A stretch of 63,520 nucleotides of DNA, the filler included, from Collodictyon triciliatum (Eukaryota), in NCBI GenBank assembly GCA_043381765.1. It is 4 parts of 4 records of this genome, joined end to end, with 100 filler letters (N's around TTAATTAATTAA, not from the genome) between each part and the next. Parts side by side here need not be neighbours in the genome. Positions count along the whole stretch, not along the records: positions 44,555 to 62,399 come from JBHJMP010001166.1; positions 62,500 to 63,520 come from JBHJMP010001340.1; 2 more parts are not named here. One strand, 5' to 3'. A program made the position numbers and the translations under genes. Positions 51,124-63,520 of this stretch are shown in pieces (position 1 is the first letter of the stretch; each line of letters opens with the position of its first letter). Below the pieces are notes generated by a model that worked only from the letters and a program-made list of their open reading frames with translations, searched no databases and was not told the DNA's origin.

Positions 51124-52626
51124 ATGGAACACGGGGGCGACGCACTCAATCTCCAGCGCAGCTTTACTGTCGGTAATGTGGTCGCCAATACCAAAAGTGA
51201 GGCCCACCAACCAGCCGCCCAAGCTTCTAGGGACAATTATCCACAGGTTCATCGTGATGCCGGGATTTCAAAGTTTGCATCCTCTGTAAAGCTGGCAATC
51301 ATCTTGTGGATTCACATCTTCACACAGTCTTTGCCAGTCATAAGCGTGGTTGTCATATTCATGTGGATTTTCTACCTGCCTGCCCTCATCCTCCCACGTG
51401 ACTCATACCCCGTCGTTTACGAAATAGCGTACGATCACATCCGAGGACACATTAGTGTTTTTGCATACTTTATATCCACTGGCCTCGTCTTGGCTCATTT
51501 GTTCTCCCTGGAATTAGCAAAATCTGTTGTTTGTCTTGTGGTGGTGCCATGCTGCTTGGTTGATGTAGTCCTTCATGCCATTCCACAGCGAGATACTCTT
51601 TGGGCGAGCGTTTGCATGGACTTGTCCAGCTTTGCAGCTCCCATTATCGGAATATATATGATTAGAAATAAACGACGTCCGGAAGGGATGGATGCTCAGC
51701 AAGAGACATTCTTCCAATTAACCAAAGATGGAACCCCTTTTGCTTTATTCAAAGGTATGATTGGAGTGTACGTAGCAGTTGTTTTCTTCTTTCGCTACTT
51801 CTTTCCGTTTTACATGGAATTTGGATTCATAACGCAAGCCACTATTCGCCTTCTCGTTTTTCCTCTCATATTCTTCTTATCGAAGGCATACCAAACCATG
51901 GTCGTGTCCCACTTATCGGAGTCACTGATGGATAGAAGGCTGATAATCAATAGATTGTCTAGCCTTTACATCAAATACATTGGGCGAATTGCTTTATCGA
52001 ACATCTCGTCTTCAGGCTCTGTGTCAAGCCAATATCTGATTGTGAACCTCTTGATATCTGTCGCAGATGTCGCAGTTGCATTGACATTCAAAAAAAGAAC
52101 GATAATTTGGTTCAGATTGAAAGGAAAAATACGTTATGTTTTTCATAGATGCATGGGATTCCTTCGTTTGAGAAAAGTGAAGCCATTCTCGCCCATCGAA
52201 AGGGAGGCAGACTCTCAAGCACATCAACAGCATAGCCAGAATGCAAATAACTCAGGAGGTGATGGTCAGATGGATCTATACATTAAGCAATCTGCTAATA
52301 TTAGACGATTAACACTCTACGACGAAATATACAGCGAAATTCTTGTTGTCATCATCACACCCCTTCTCATGTATTTTGTGCACTCAATGTATCCTGATTC
52401 ACCTTACCAAACAATATCAAATATCAAGGAGGCTGTGAACCAGATTTTGATTCAGATAGTTTTTGTGTTTATAAGTGATATTATCTCCCTGGCTTACGGG
52501 ATACATACAGAACTAGTTCAGTATGAACCCAAAATAACATCTGTTCGTTTGAGGCACCCATCCACAGTTGTTTTCTTTTCGATATTTTGCATAGTGTATA
52601 CACAGTATTTGATTGGCCTTACTTAA
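51124..52626 (+). CDS. Single-exon multi-pass membrane protein (500 aa), unknown family
   Basis: Long ORF with about 10 hydrophobic segments. Confidence 0.85.
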   Translation: MEHGGDALNLQRSFTVGNVVANTKSEAHQPAAQASRDNYPQVHRDAGISKFASSVKLAIILWIHIFTQSLPVISVVVIFMWIFYLPALILPRDSYPVVYEIAYDHIRGHISVFAYFISTGLVLAHLFSLELAKSVVCLVVVPCCLVDVVLHAIPQRDTLWASVCMDLSSFAAPIIGIYMIRNKRRPEGMDAQQETFFQLTKDGTPFALFKGMIGVYVAVVFFFRYFFPFYMEFGFITQATIRLLVFPLIFFLSKAYQTMVVSHLSESLMDRRLIINRLSSLYIKYIGRIALSNISSSGSVSSQYLIVNLLISVADVAVALTFKKRTIIWFRLKGKIRYVFHRCMGFLRLRKVKPFSPIEREADSQAHQQHSQNANNSGGDGQMDLYIKQSANIRRLTLYDEIYSEILVVIITPLLMYFVHSMYPDSPYQTISNIKEAVNQILIQIVFVFISDIISLAYGIHTELVQYEPKITSVRLRHPSTVVFFSIFCIVYTQYLIGLT

Positions 52627-52689
52627 GTCAATTAGCAACAAAAGGTACAAGTGGGAAGTATGCTTGATATCGAACTTATCAATAATCAC

Positions 52690-55685
52690 TTCGGAAGACT
52701 AGGTAATTGCTCTTTTGGTGTCAGTATCTCGATGTCCAGCCTGCGTGGTTTGTTGACTCCTTCACACTAGGTGTTGTCAAATTATGAGAGCCTTAGAAAA
52801 TTGTCACTTGAAGATTAAGTTGAATAAAAGGAAAAGGAAAAGGAAAAGGAAAAGGAAAAGGAAAAGGAAAAGGAAAAGGAAAAGGAAAAGGAAAAGGAAA
52901 AGGAAAAGGAAAAGGAAAAGGAAAAGGGAAAGGAAAAGGAAAAGGAAAATGAAAAGGAAAATGAAAAGGAAAAGGAAAAGGAAAAGTTTTCGAAATACCA
53001 ATCGTGTTCTGAAAGTGGACGAATTGGTTTATAATAATGTTTAATAGAATTTGGGGTAAAAAAAAAAAAGATGAAGAAATATAGCCACCTGTGAGAAGGA
53101 AAAATATCAAAATCATTACAAAATACACAAATATATGAACTAAAAGGATATGCTTTTTCTTTTTTGTCGTTGAGTGCTTCTGAAAATAATTTATTTTACC
53201 TCTCCAGTAAAGTGGCGATATCCTTGGATAATTTCTGAGCAGACGTAACAAAAGTGAGTACCGCATATGCATGTGATGTGGTCACAGCCTGGATGTGAGA
53301 GATACAGTCAGTCAACATTATGTTATTCACACATTAGGTCGCTGTTCCATAAAGTTGATCGATAACTCATGTATATATATACATATTACGTTGGTGTTTG
53401 ACTATGATTGATGACGTTCTACAAACCTTCGGTCTTATGAACTCTCATACGACACACCGGGCATTGCGCGGTGGCTCTCTGAAGAATCTCTGCTGAAAAT
53501 CTTTCATATTTTTTCATGTCCTTGACTGATTCTAAGAAATCGGTATGCTCCTGTTTTTGCCTTTCTATCATACGTTGCTTTCTTTCTTCGATCTTTTGCC
53601 GTTTCAACATCTCTTCTTTTTCCTTCTTCACATCAGAGAGATTTTTATACCCTCCACTGCTTGAGCCGTTGACTGCCGAGCAAGCGCCATCCTGATTAAA
53701 TTATGGAAAGCAAATTAAAGGATACAAAAATATAATAAAATTAAAATCATAAAAATAAAAGCGACAAAGTACGCTTATAGGGGAATTATATATTACACCA
53801 TGCCACTTCTGCTTGCATTCCATGCAAAAAGTAAATGAGCATTTTGCGCAAATCACAAGAGGATGCTCGTCTTCCTTTATGTTTATTTCTTTGCACCGAA
53901 TACATTCCACAGGATTCCCTATAGAATTCACAGCCCTTGTCAAAAGTAGGTATTCCCACCTATCAAGTAATTTTTGGTCAGGAGATTTGCAAACACATTA
54001 TATGTGACTAAGAATGTAACCATTTTAATCGAATAATTTTTTTAAAAAAACCACCATAAAACACAATACCTTTCGATTAAACTACGATTGATATAAGGAG
54101 AGACCATCATCGGTGTCAAAAGTGTACTAAGAGACACAATATTAGATGGAACAACAGTGATTTATAGATCCCCACAAACACTCAGTCTTAAATCCAGAGC
54201 TCTTGATAAATGAATCAATAATTTATTCATTCTATTTTGAATACTTACTCGCATTTGTACGATGGGCAGTGGATGCGATTAACCATCCCAGATTCTACGG
54301 AGGCTTTGCAATGAGCAGCCAAGCAATCTAGGCAATATACATGCATACAATCTTCAAGCCAAAAAAACTCTGAGCCTATTTTGGATTCGAAGCATATTTC
54401 GCAACTTTGCTCCGTAGCTTTGAACTTCTCTATATACGTTTTTTTGTTGAATTCTATAACTTGTAGAACCTGAAGTAACATCGTTAAAAAAAAAGTTAGA
54501 AAAATAAAAAAAGCATTCAGTTTGATTTATATGAAAAAAAATTATGTTTTGAAGAAACCGGATAATGTTGACTACAAGTGGCTGTCTTTACATTTCCTTC
54601 ATCCAAGCGGATATCTTTTCCCATGGAAAGTTCACTCCACATTGCATTTTTAATCCAATCAACCCAATTATATACAACAGGAGAGCCAGGTTCTCGATAA
54701 TACAAGGCCGCGAGGAATTGTTTTGCCCTGAAGCCAAAGCAACATGATTCATTAATACTTGTATCAACAGCAAATAGGGCGGAGTCTAAAGTCAAACGAA
54801 AAGGATAAGAAATAACCTGCTCTCAACATCAGTTGGTAACCATGGGGAGATGATGCTTAAAACAGGAGGTATCTGTCGCGGATACTCTTTGGGGAAAATG
54901 CACCTCAACCTAACAGGACATAGGTATCTAATGCTTAAGCTATCATCCAGCTCTGGAGCAACCACATTGACTCTTTCGTTTGGATTAAATACATCGATGA
55001 GAACCTTGTGTTATTGGATTGAACTTCGGGTTAGTTTTCAACCTCTGCGGAAGAAAATGACTATTTCAGTTGCTTGGGATATATTTGAAGTAGATGAAAA
55101 TAAATGTTATCTGAATACATCCTCTAAATTAAAGAAAAGAAAAAAGAAAAAGAAAAGAGAGAAAGAAAAAGAAAAGAAAAAGAAAAAGAAAGAAAAAGAA
55201 AGAAAAAGAAAAGAAAAAGAGAAAGAATAAAGAAAAGAAAAAGAAAAGAAAAGAAAAAGAAAAAAGTGAAACAAACACATACATGAAGCTCTGGGTTACC
55301 GCTCTTGTCTTTCATGAAGAAAATCTCCTGCGGAAGAAAGATTGATTGCAGCGCGAATAACTTGAATGTATGATTGATTAGATTATCATTCCAAAGTTTC
55401 ATGGGCTCTGCTCGATAACCGGTCACCCAGCAGCGTAAAGGAGTCAAGGATTCAATATATCTTAATAGGCCAATTTATAGTAGACACGAGGTATATCAGT
55501 CACCAGAAAGGCAGACTTTAGGGCGAATACAACGAATAAAGAATCAGGCAGAATATAATACCAGAACAAACACAAAACATAAAATAAAACCGTGATAATA
55601 AAAGCACATGAAACAAATGGAATATAAAAACCTCGTCGTTTTGCTCCTCATTCCAGGCATCGGGCAGTTCGGGCAGTTCGGCCAT
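52690..55685 (-). CDS. RNF14: RWD + RBR E3 ubiquitin ligase (RNF14/ARA54-like), multi-exon; 3' end approximate
   Basis: EEQNDE; RWD (PPVLSIIFPKEYP, VVYNWVDWI); RING1 CEICF..CMHVYCLDC..CP; IBR C..C..ICAKCSFTFCMECKQKWHG; RING2 CPVC...HKTEGCDHITCICGTHFCYVC. Confidence 0.85.
52827..52986. repeat. (GAAAAG)n microsatellite
   Basis: Seen directly. It explains the KR and FP ORFs. Confidence 0.95.
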
Positions 55686-56106
55686 TCCACTTCGATCTCG
55701 TTGTTGCCGTGTTTCTTGCCTCGCCACTTCCTTATTTCACAGGCATAAACGACTATTTCAACAGAAACAAAAAGACGGAGGCAGAACACAACCACTGGCC
55801 TTCACGGACACCAGACAGCATCCGAAAGAACGAGACTATTGAGATGGCTTCACGACACAAACAACACAAAGCCTTCGCAACATCCCTTTCCATCATTATC
55901 GCCTTTTTCTTTGTGAAACCCCTCCAAACGGTTTCTGTCCAGCCTTCGCGAAAAGAAAAAAAGAAAAAAAAGAGGAAATATTTGACATTTGTGAAGCACA
56001 CAGTTTCATGTTTTGTGTGCAGGACACGAACCGAAGGAACTGAGAATATCCCATTTTTCCGCGAACCATTACAGAGTGAGGGGCAAAGGCGGTGGGCTTT
56101 TTTCCT

Positions 56107-58739
56107 TTATTCCCCAAAGCGCGTTTCATCTCCAGGCTGTGGGTCTACCCTTTCAATCTTTTTTAAAACCCATCGCGAGGAAGCCACCTTGGATTCATAT
56201 GATTTAGCTCCATCAGCTTGTCCACCTCGGCGATAGCCTGGCGGCTGGTAAAGCGGGCGGTCCGAATGATGGTGACTTGAACGCCCTACAAAGAGCTTTT
56301 TTTGATATTCATCCACACCCGTCATCTCCTGGACTTGCGAGCCATCGAAGATTGTATTTCCAGGATTCGTCGAGACCTCTGCGTATTCTCGCCCACACAG
56401 CGGCAATAGATTTTGATCTGGAACAGTTTTGATTTGGATATCCAAAACCTGTGCATGGCGAGTATGTACTTTTTTCTCTTTATTTTCTCTACTTTGTATG
56501 TGCTCTTGGGGTTTGGATTCTGGCAAAACGCTTTCTGAATTCGTTTTGATTTGAATTTCCAGAGGTTTTTTCGTTTTGTTGCACATTCTTTGTTCTGGAT
56601 TTGCTGTCTTTTGGTCATGCTTTTGATGATCGGGATTTGAAGGTTTTCGCTCTGGCGCAACCTTGATTTGGATTTCCAACGCTTGTTTATGATGCACATG
56701 TACTTTTTTCTCTTCATTTTCTTTAATTCGGTCATATCCTTGGTTGGATGAAATCGAAACATTTTGATCTGAGACAGTTTTGATTTGTATGTCCAAAGCC
56801 TGCTCATTGCCTGTGTGCACTGTTTTCTCTGAGCTTGCCTTACTTTTGATGGGTTGATAAGCCCGAGCAGGTGTTGATTGTTGCTGGTTTGGGCTCATTT
56901 CAAATTCAACATTTAGTTCAGATTTATTGGGCCTCAATAATTGACGTTCATGACGGCCTTCTGGTGTGACAGTTGAACATATTGCACCAGATTCTGAGGA
57001 AATCGGCTTTGTAGGGATGATTTGAGAAAAGGGTGGCACTTTAGTATTTGCCTGTGGAGAAGAATTAATTTGCTCTTGATGCTTCTCCGATGCAATTTTT
57101 GAAGCTAGATTTGGTTTCGAAAAAATCTCATAGTTGCCCTGTCTTTCTTTCAACTGTTTTGCTGAGTGATATTGTAAACTTTAGATGTATATATTGAGGC
57201 TCAAAAAATATCTGTCAAAAATGAGAGGCGAGATAGGAAGATGAAACAATCCATTACATACGAAATGAAAGCTGGTAAATGACAAGAGCATCTTATATTC
57301 TTTCTATATTTTTTTTTAGCAAGGAATATACACATTACAAAGGACCTTAAGAAGAAAAACAGATATACAAAAAAAAAAAACCAAATAATGAAAGAAAATT
57401 CATTATTTTCACCTTTAACATCGAAAGGAACGAATTTTGGAGGTCCATTGTCTGTGCTTGGGGCAAAGTCGATTTTTGATGTTGAATATGTCAACTGCAT
57501 AGAAATATTGTAAACTCGAATCAGATTATGACTGAAGTTCAGTAGCAACTACCATAAAGAAAGGAAAACAATTCAAGCGTGTAACTGACCAGTTTCATTC
57601 TATACTCTTGAGCCAGGTCATTCACACTGCCCCCTGTGACTGATATAAAAGGGGGAGAAAGGAGCAAAAGTCCATCTTTCATTGGAACGTCGGTGACACA
57701 TACCTTGCACCCAGGGATAAGGTCACTATAGTACATAGGCAAAATAATTTAGGGGTTCGGAAATATATGATTCTATCAGGGATATACATTCACATATCCT
57801 ACGATTTGAAACAACCTAAATATGCCAATATGTTGATACTCAAAGCCATGAATGACAGTATGCCCATCAGTTAAACAAATTTTTATCATCCTTCGGTCTG
57901 ATTTCTGACTTATGGAAACTCGAAATTAGGACGTTACATACTCACCAAGATTATCTCCTATTAGTTTGTTCTGTGCTGGTGTATTTTAAATAAGATCTTT
58001 TTATGATTATTGTTTTTTTACTCACTTGCGTGGTCCCTCGCTGTCTTGGAACTGATACATCAATAATATCCATGACTTGTAGTTGATATTTTCCTTTCCA
58101 CTACACAAGACGAAGAAAAAACTTAATATCCTATCCAACTGATATTGAATTATCAACACGTAGAATAATTCAATATCACAATTACTTTAATATATTTAGT
58201 AAAACACCATGTAGAATTAACATGATAATTTATGGTGATTCATACAATATCATTTGACGTTCGTGCAGTTTCCTTCGTAATGACCCTCTCCAACCCTACT
58301 TTTCTCCAATCGCACTATCATCATAAATATGATTGAACTATGAATGGCACTATGAATCATAAGATTTTTGTAATTTTTTTTATAAAGTCTGAATGAAAGG
58401 GACGCAGGTTAACATCATCACCTGAATAAGGCGCTCGATAAGCCAAGAGTAATTCTTGCGTTCGATGTTAATCTGGTTGAAATCAAGTCGCTGAGTACAT
58501 GTCACATAAATGTATAACAAAGCAAATGTGATGTATGTATTAAATATAGGATAGACAAGAATAACGCTAATAAACCAACATAAGTAATTGCACAAGAAAT
58601 ATCATTCATCTATTTATCATTATTTTATTTATTATGCATTTATACCAACCAAATATAATGATGCTTCTTCAGTTTCTTCGGCGAATCCAGCAACTTTTGC
58701 GAAGGTGTGCGGGCCGATACAGAAGCCCAGAGATTTCAT
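56107..58739 (-). CDS. TDRD3/RMI1-type N-terminal OB-fold protein, multi-exon
   Basis: YQLQVMDIIDVS, RMIKICLTDG....GFEY and PGCKV....V.MKDGLLLL......TGGSV. GPPKFVPF is TDRD3-like. No Tudor or UBA domain recognised. Confidence 0.8.
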
Positions 58740-59000
58740 ATGGGAACGAAAGTCTGAGTCGGCCATTCTCTTTTTCTCTCAGTTACCCAGTTTTATTCTT
58801 CTTTTTTTTTTCTTATCTCCTCGGGCCGTGCCACTTGGAAAAAAAAACCCAAAAATAGTCGGCAAGTTAATCACATGAAAAAAATCAAGGAAGAAGTAGG
58901 TGATTGTATATCGAGGCAACCCGCTGGTCGGAAGGTAGAGGACACGGTTTGACATGCACCGCTCCGCGCTAAATGCCTTTTAAAGGTCACTCGCCCACTA

Positions 59001-59093
59001 AAACAAACAAACAAACAAACAAACAAACAAACAAACAAACAAACAAACAAACAAACAAACAAACAAACAAACAAACAAACAAACAAACAAACA
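59001..59093. repeat. (AAAC)n microsatellite
   Basis: Seen directly. Confidence 0.95.
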
Positions 59094-60295
59094 AAAAAAT
59101 GACAAAATATATATGTAAATAAAGGATCTCGCAAAACTGAAAAATAAAAAAAATTAAACACAGAAACACAGGAAAAAGACAGAAGGGTTGAAACGTTTGA
59201 AAAGCTTGTGAAAACCTAACATAAATCTTTCAAGAGAACAACTAGAATGAATCGACTCTGCAGCGTTCTTTAACCGCGTGCGTAAGAATCAAGACAAAGT
59301 GGGCGAGCAAAAGCCTTCCCTAAAAAAAAACATTATTGAGCGCATCGCGAAGTACAGAAGGACATAACGAAAGAAAAGCTGTTTATCAAATAAGCCAAGG
59401 ATGAGACACACAAATAAAACACCTTGCGTGCTCTGACGCCAGCGAATGGGAGGTTTTCTTTTGTTCAAATCACGTAATAGTTTACAAGTTGAATCGCCAG
59501 CAAAGAAGGATGTAAGATAGTAGAGTGGTTGTTCACTCACCCAACTATTGCTGTAATCGCACATGCACCGCTAGTAATCATTATATGGCCGGGCTGGCAT
59601 TTTTATATGGTTTATATGAGAATATCATGCTTCGTCATCCACAAGAAACGTCTTTCATAATGATGGTTGAATTTTCCTCTTAATTATGATATGTATGTTT
59701 ATAGTGAATACTTTAATAAAATTAGAATCAAGAATATGTTCATCAATTTAAACTTGCTTCTTTGCCTTTTTCTTTTCTTTGTGATTTCAATCATATCACA
59801 GAGCTAACGCAATCATTAACGAATTACAATATATCTGTCGTATATTCTATGGCTTTTATATGGCTGCATAGTGATGATTCATAAATTGTGATTTACAATC
59901 ATCCGCCGATTTCCTGTCAAATAGGAAATATATATAGTCGCTTCAAGCTAGTTGTGTGAATGGAACACTACAGACTGTATTAATAAAAAAAAATGCATAT
60001 ATTAACCTAAATACAGCATCGCCAGCTTATACTCGGCTGCTCTCGCGATGAAACAAAGCTCCGGTTTATGTCTAGTTGGAAGGAGTAATAATGCCCTGTA
60101 AAAAATACCACCTTAATACATGCCACAACAAAAAGGAAGCCCTTTTTGCTAAGGTGCTCGTACAGTTGCGAGTGGCCTCGTGAAAATCTCATAGTTTTAT
60201 GTCGCGACTATTCTAAGAATTCTGATGCGAAGCTGAACAGGCTTGTTGATTGTGAGTTTCTGATACTTTCGACTGGTGTTGTGAAGGTGGATTCT

Positions 60296-60298
<3 letters not shown>

Positions 60299-60362
<64 letters not shown>
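60299..60362. repeat. (TC)n microsatellite
   Basis: Seen directly. Confidence 0.95.
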
Positions 60363-60366
<4 letters not shown>

Positions 60367-60731
60367 TTCATGACATTGCATTGCAGAGTTCAGAGAAGCG
60401 GTCAGGCTGATATCTTCTTTCTTAAGGCTCGAGTCGGGAACAAACATATGCGCATTTCATACGTCCTTCAGCAGTCGCGGAATCATATTCGCACAGCCCG
60501 TTCGGAGCCATTTGAAAATCCTAACGTTTCCTTCGATAACACCTTGCTTTCAAGTGTTGTTTATATAAATAACAACGCAGCTCTTGGCTCGGATTATATC
60601 AATGGCACTTGATAATCACATGCACATTATCGCGATTCCTTTTACAAAAACTTTGGTGTATGGATTCAAACATTTCGTCGATTCTAATTCATGCTGTTTA
60701 TACCTTAGACATGTATATGCCTTTCCTTAAA

Positions 60732-60807
<76 letters not shown>

Positions 60808-61125
60808 TAACTTTGAATTAAGGTTAATATTTTGGTCTTTATCACTCTTTCACGCCCAGCATGCAAATAAGTAGTTAAACAGACAGGGAAACCAATCTCT
60901 TCCTATTATGCTTTCATCCCAATCCCAGAGTGTGTCGAACCCCAAGCAAAAAGATAAAATAAAACCCGAAACCAAAATTAACAGGGACACAGCAGCTTTC
61001 AGTAATAAATTGATCAACAAGCTGTCACCAATTTATGTTTGTAGGTAATATATCGATATAATTGGGCATTTTCGTCATGCTTGTAATAAAGGCAATCGAT
61101 AGTCTCCTCTTTTCCTTTTCTTGGG

Positions 61126-62314
61126 TTAAAACATCATGAACTTTAAAACTGGTATCATGACAAAGAAGAGGATAGACAGGATTCCGCTGAGTATGAGCCA
61201 TTTGCTGTGACGCATCGCAAGAGATCGAAGCATCTACGTAAAAAGAGCTCTCATTCAAAACAAAGTAGGAATAAAAGAAAATGGAACTGTACAGATCCGA
61301 TTAAAAAAAACTACAACATATGCTTATTCTGTTGTTTTAATGCGTGTCCTCGATTTACACTTACTTTCAGGGAATTAAATGGGTTGAATGGATTATATGA
61401 GCCCCATGGTCGGTCAGGTTCATCGAGGTGAGGATTCTCGTTGGGTTCACCACGACCCAGACCAGCTAGAGATGATGTTTGTAAAGACCCTTTAGTATAT
61501 TGTTACAATATATCATAAAAGAAGGAATATACGGAACTTTTGATGTCATTTCAAGGGTTTCTAGAAAATTATGAAGCAAATATGTCACTCACCTGGCTTG
61601 GACTTTGCTTCGGCATCCGTCAGTATTTCCACACTTATTTCGATTTCGCCCTGGAGATGTACACAAATACTTGATATTAAGATTTGAGTATTGATTATAT
61701 ACATATATATTGAGCATGTTGACTTCGAAAGCTTTATATAACATATAGATTACAAATATAGAAAGTTAGTCATCCTCTAATGTGTACTTTAAACGAAGGA
61801 AAGTTGCTTCAAAGATTTCTTCCCTAGCTTTGGGTATATTCAATCCTATTAGAATAGTGCGTACACACCTGAGGCCCCTCATAATTTGGATGGGATAACA
61901 CAACCCATTGTCTATCCAGAAGTAATGACGGGAGTTTGAGTCCATGAACTTTACGGAAGAGACCCTACAACGAACGATTATATGTGAGCATATTTGCACA
62001 AGTCGCATACGAAGTACAAAACTCATTAAATAAAGTGGGCAGGTAATCATGAATTTTCACTTTTAAATTGATATTTGCTTCGGCCACACAATCATTTGGG
62101 TTAATGAGGGCTTGGTCCCAAATCTAGGAGGCAGAGCAATTTATACGATTTTATTCATCAGAAATTACTGTTTATTTCAACAACCATTCTATTTCTATTT
62201 CATGAGATACACATAGTGACTTAGAAACCTGCACGTGAAGGCGAGGAAAATCCATGGGGATAGTAACCGGGAATATCATTCTCCAATTAAAGTTTCCCGT
62301 TCCGTCTGACGAAC

Positions 62315-62317
<3 letters not shown>
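61126..62317 (-). CDS. Ferlin-family protein, 3' part (last C2 domain, Ferlin_C, TM anchor); not visible in the ORF track
   Basis: Spliced exons read RSSDGTGNFNWRMIFP, IWDQ...PNDCVAE, GEIEISVEILTDAEAKSKPAGLGRGEPNENPHLDEPDRP, and a terminal TM WLILSGILSILFFVMIPVL. Confidence 0.85.
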
Positions 62318-62357
<40 letters not shown>

Positions 62358-62399
62358 CTTTTTTTTTTTTTTTGTTTTTTTTTTTTTTTTTTTTTTTTT

Positions 62400-62499
62400 N
62401 NNNNNNNNNNNNNNNNNNNNNNNNNNNNNNNNNNNNNNNNNNNTTAATTAATTAANNNNNNNNNNNNNNNNNNNNNNNNNNNNNNNNNNNNNNNNNNNN
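62400..62499. other. Artificial contig linker
   Basis: Ns plus TTAATTAATTAA at 62444-62455. Confidence 0.97.
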
Positions 62500-62500
62500 C

Positions 62501-63286
62501 AACGCGGCCACGAAAGAAAATCTGACAAAGCTTATAGAAGCTAACCAGAAAAAATTAGATCGGTCTGCTACATCCGCCAAGGACGACTTGCTAGAAATTG
62601 GACAGCTAGTGAGGGTGAACCTGAAGAAAACAAATTTGACAACGCAAGAGCGTAATAAATTCAAGACCAATAAAAATTGGATTCCAAAATTCACTGTTGC
62701 GTTGTTTGAGATAGTGAGCAGAGAAGTTTCAAAGGATGGCTTTAAAGCCCCGACATATAAACTGAAAGCACTGAAAGAAAGTGATAAGGAAATATTGAAG
62801 GGAAAGAAATTTCTGCGCAGAGACCTACAGCCTGTAGACAAAGACACAGACAAAGAATTTACACCAAAGGTTGATTTGCTAAAGCGTGACGCAGCAAGTG
62901 TAAAAAAGAAGAGGGGGCCGTATCTGGCTTCGAACGTACAGAGCGCTCGAGCTGACTTTGATAAGAACGTGTGGACACCAGACACAAAGAATTTCACAAA
63001 CCGCACTGGCAAGAATGCTCCGAGCAAGCCAGGGCGACAAGCTGAGCTTGATAGGCTAGAACCGAAAGTCAAGGAAGCATATGAAGCTTTTGTTACTAAA
63101 CACGGAGATAATCCTAAAATGACAACGCTACAAACTAAAAACTTTAATAAGCTAAAAAGGATTATAGGCTCTTTATTGCGAGTTCAGCCAACGGAAGAAG
63201 TACCCGTAGATAAACCGATGACCGTCGAGCCGATCAAAGCGATCAAGCGTCGGAAGATGACCGTTGTTTCTTCGCAGGCCTCTTAG
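62501..63286 (+). CDS. C-terminal part of a Polinton/Maverick-type (rve) integrase, 5' truncated
   Basis: LEIGQLVRV...KFK......PKFT..LFEI....PTYKL......LKGKKFLRRDLQPV resembles the c-integrase C-terminal motif F.VGD.VRI...F.K...PNWS..IF.I...P.TY.L.....G.FY..ELQ.V. Confidence 0.7.
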   Translation, partial: NAATKENLTKLIEANQKKLDRSATSAKDDLLEIGQLVRVNLKKTNLTTQERNKFKTNKNWIPKFTVALFEIVSREVSKDGFKAPTYKLKALKESDKEILKGKKFLRRDLQPVDKDTDKEFTPKVDLLKRDAASVKKKRGPYLASNVQSARADFDKNVWTPDTKNFTNRTGKNAPSKPGRQAELDRLEPKVKEAYEAFVTKHGDNPKMTTLQTKNFNKLKRIIGSLLRVQPTEEVPVDKPMTVEPIKAIKRRKMTVVSSQAS

Positions 63287-63520
63287 ATTTTTTGATCTCA
63301 GCACTAATTTCTTTGGCCAGGGCTACAAGCTCGTCTGGCTTCTTCTCTCTCTTCTGCGCTTCGTCTTTGTCCTCCTCTTGAAGCATCTTTTCAACCTTGG
63401 CTACAACTTTGCGTTTCTCTGCACGGGCTGGGGCATTCTCTATATGTTTTTTCAATCCTTTTTCTCGCTTAGCCTGGTTAGCTTCATCGGACTGTCGGTA
63501 AATGTCGCCGATGTCCTTTG
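63243..63520 (-). CDS. Charged helical protein, 5' truncated by the window edge
   Basis: The frame is open to the window end (KDIGDIYRQSDEANQAKREKGLKKH...). Confidence 0.5.
   Translation of the reverse strand, partial: KDIGDIYRQSDEANQAKREKGLKKHIENAPARAEKRKVVAKVEKMLQEEDKDEAQKREKKPDELVALAKEISAEIKKSKRPAKKQRSSSDA

Noticed and set aside
59200-61000. Short ORFs between the TDRD3-like and ferlin genes
   Set aside because: No recognisable motifs or consistent exon chain.

Overview
This window is not one contiguous locus. It holds four pieces joined by artificial N-run + TTAATTAATTAA linkers: 1-22248, 22349-44454, 44555-62399 and 62500-63520. Pieces 1 and 3 are AT-rich, intron-dense nuclear DNA of a microbial eukaryote, probably flagellated. 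They carry an LRR/Cys-rich/multi-TM receptor, CNOT4, a Tctex-type dynein light chain, a DUF4062-NACHT-TPR protein, RNF14, a TDRD3/RMI1-type OB-fold protein and the 3' end of a ferlin. Piece 1 also has an unexplained, heavily base-paired RNA-like segment of about 650 nt. Piece 2 is very different: a gene-dense, almost intron-free 22-kb virus-like sequence. It encodes VLTF2- and VLTF3-like late transcription factors, an A32-type packaging ATPase, an SF3/D5-like helicase, a frameshifted minor-capsid-like gene, a Zn-finger-SET-Ulp1 protease fusion and an 1867-aa coiled-coil protein. A diverged ~130-bp inverted repeat with a conserved hairpin lies near both ends, and one apparent spliceosomal intron is present. 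This gene set fits a small relative of Nucleocytoviricota (Mriyavirus/Yaravirus-like), although no major capsid protein or DNA polymerase is recognisable. Piece 4 starts in the C-terminal part of a Polinton/Maverick-type integrase. All family calls come from motif recognition by eye, and exon boundaries of host genes are approximate.
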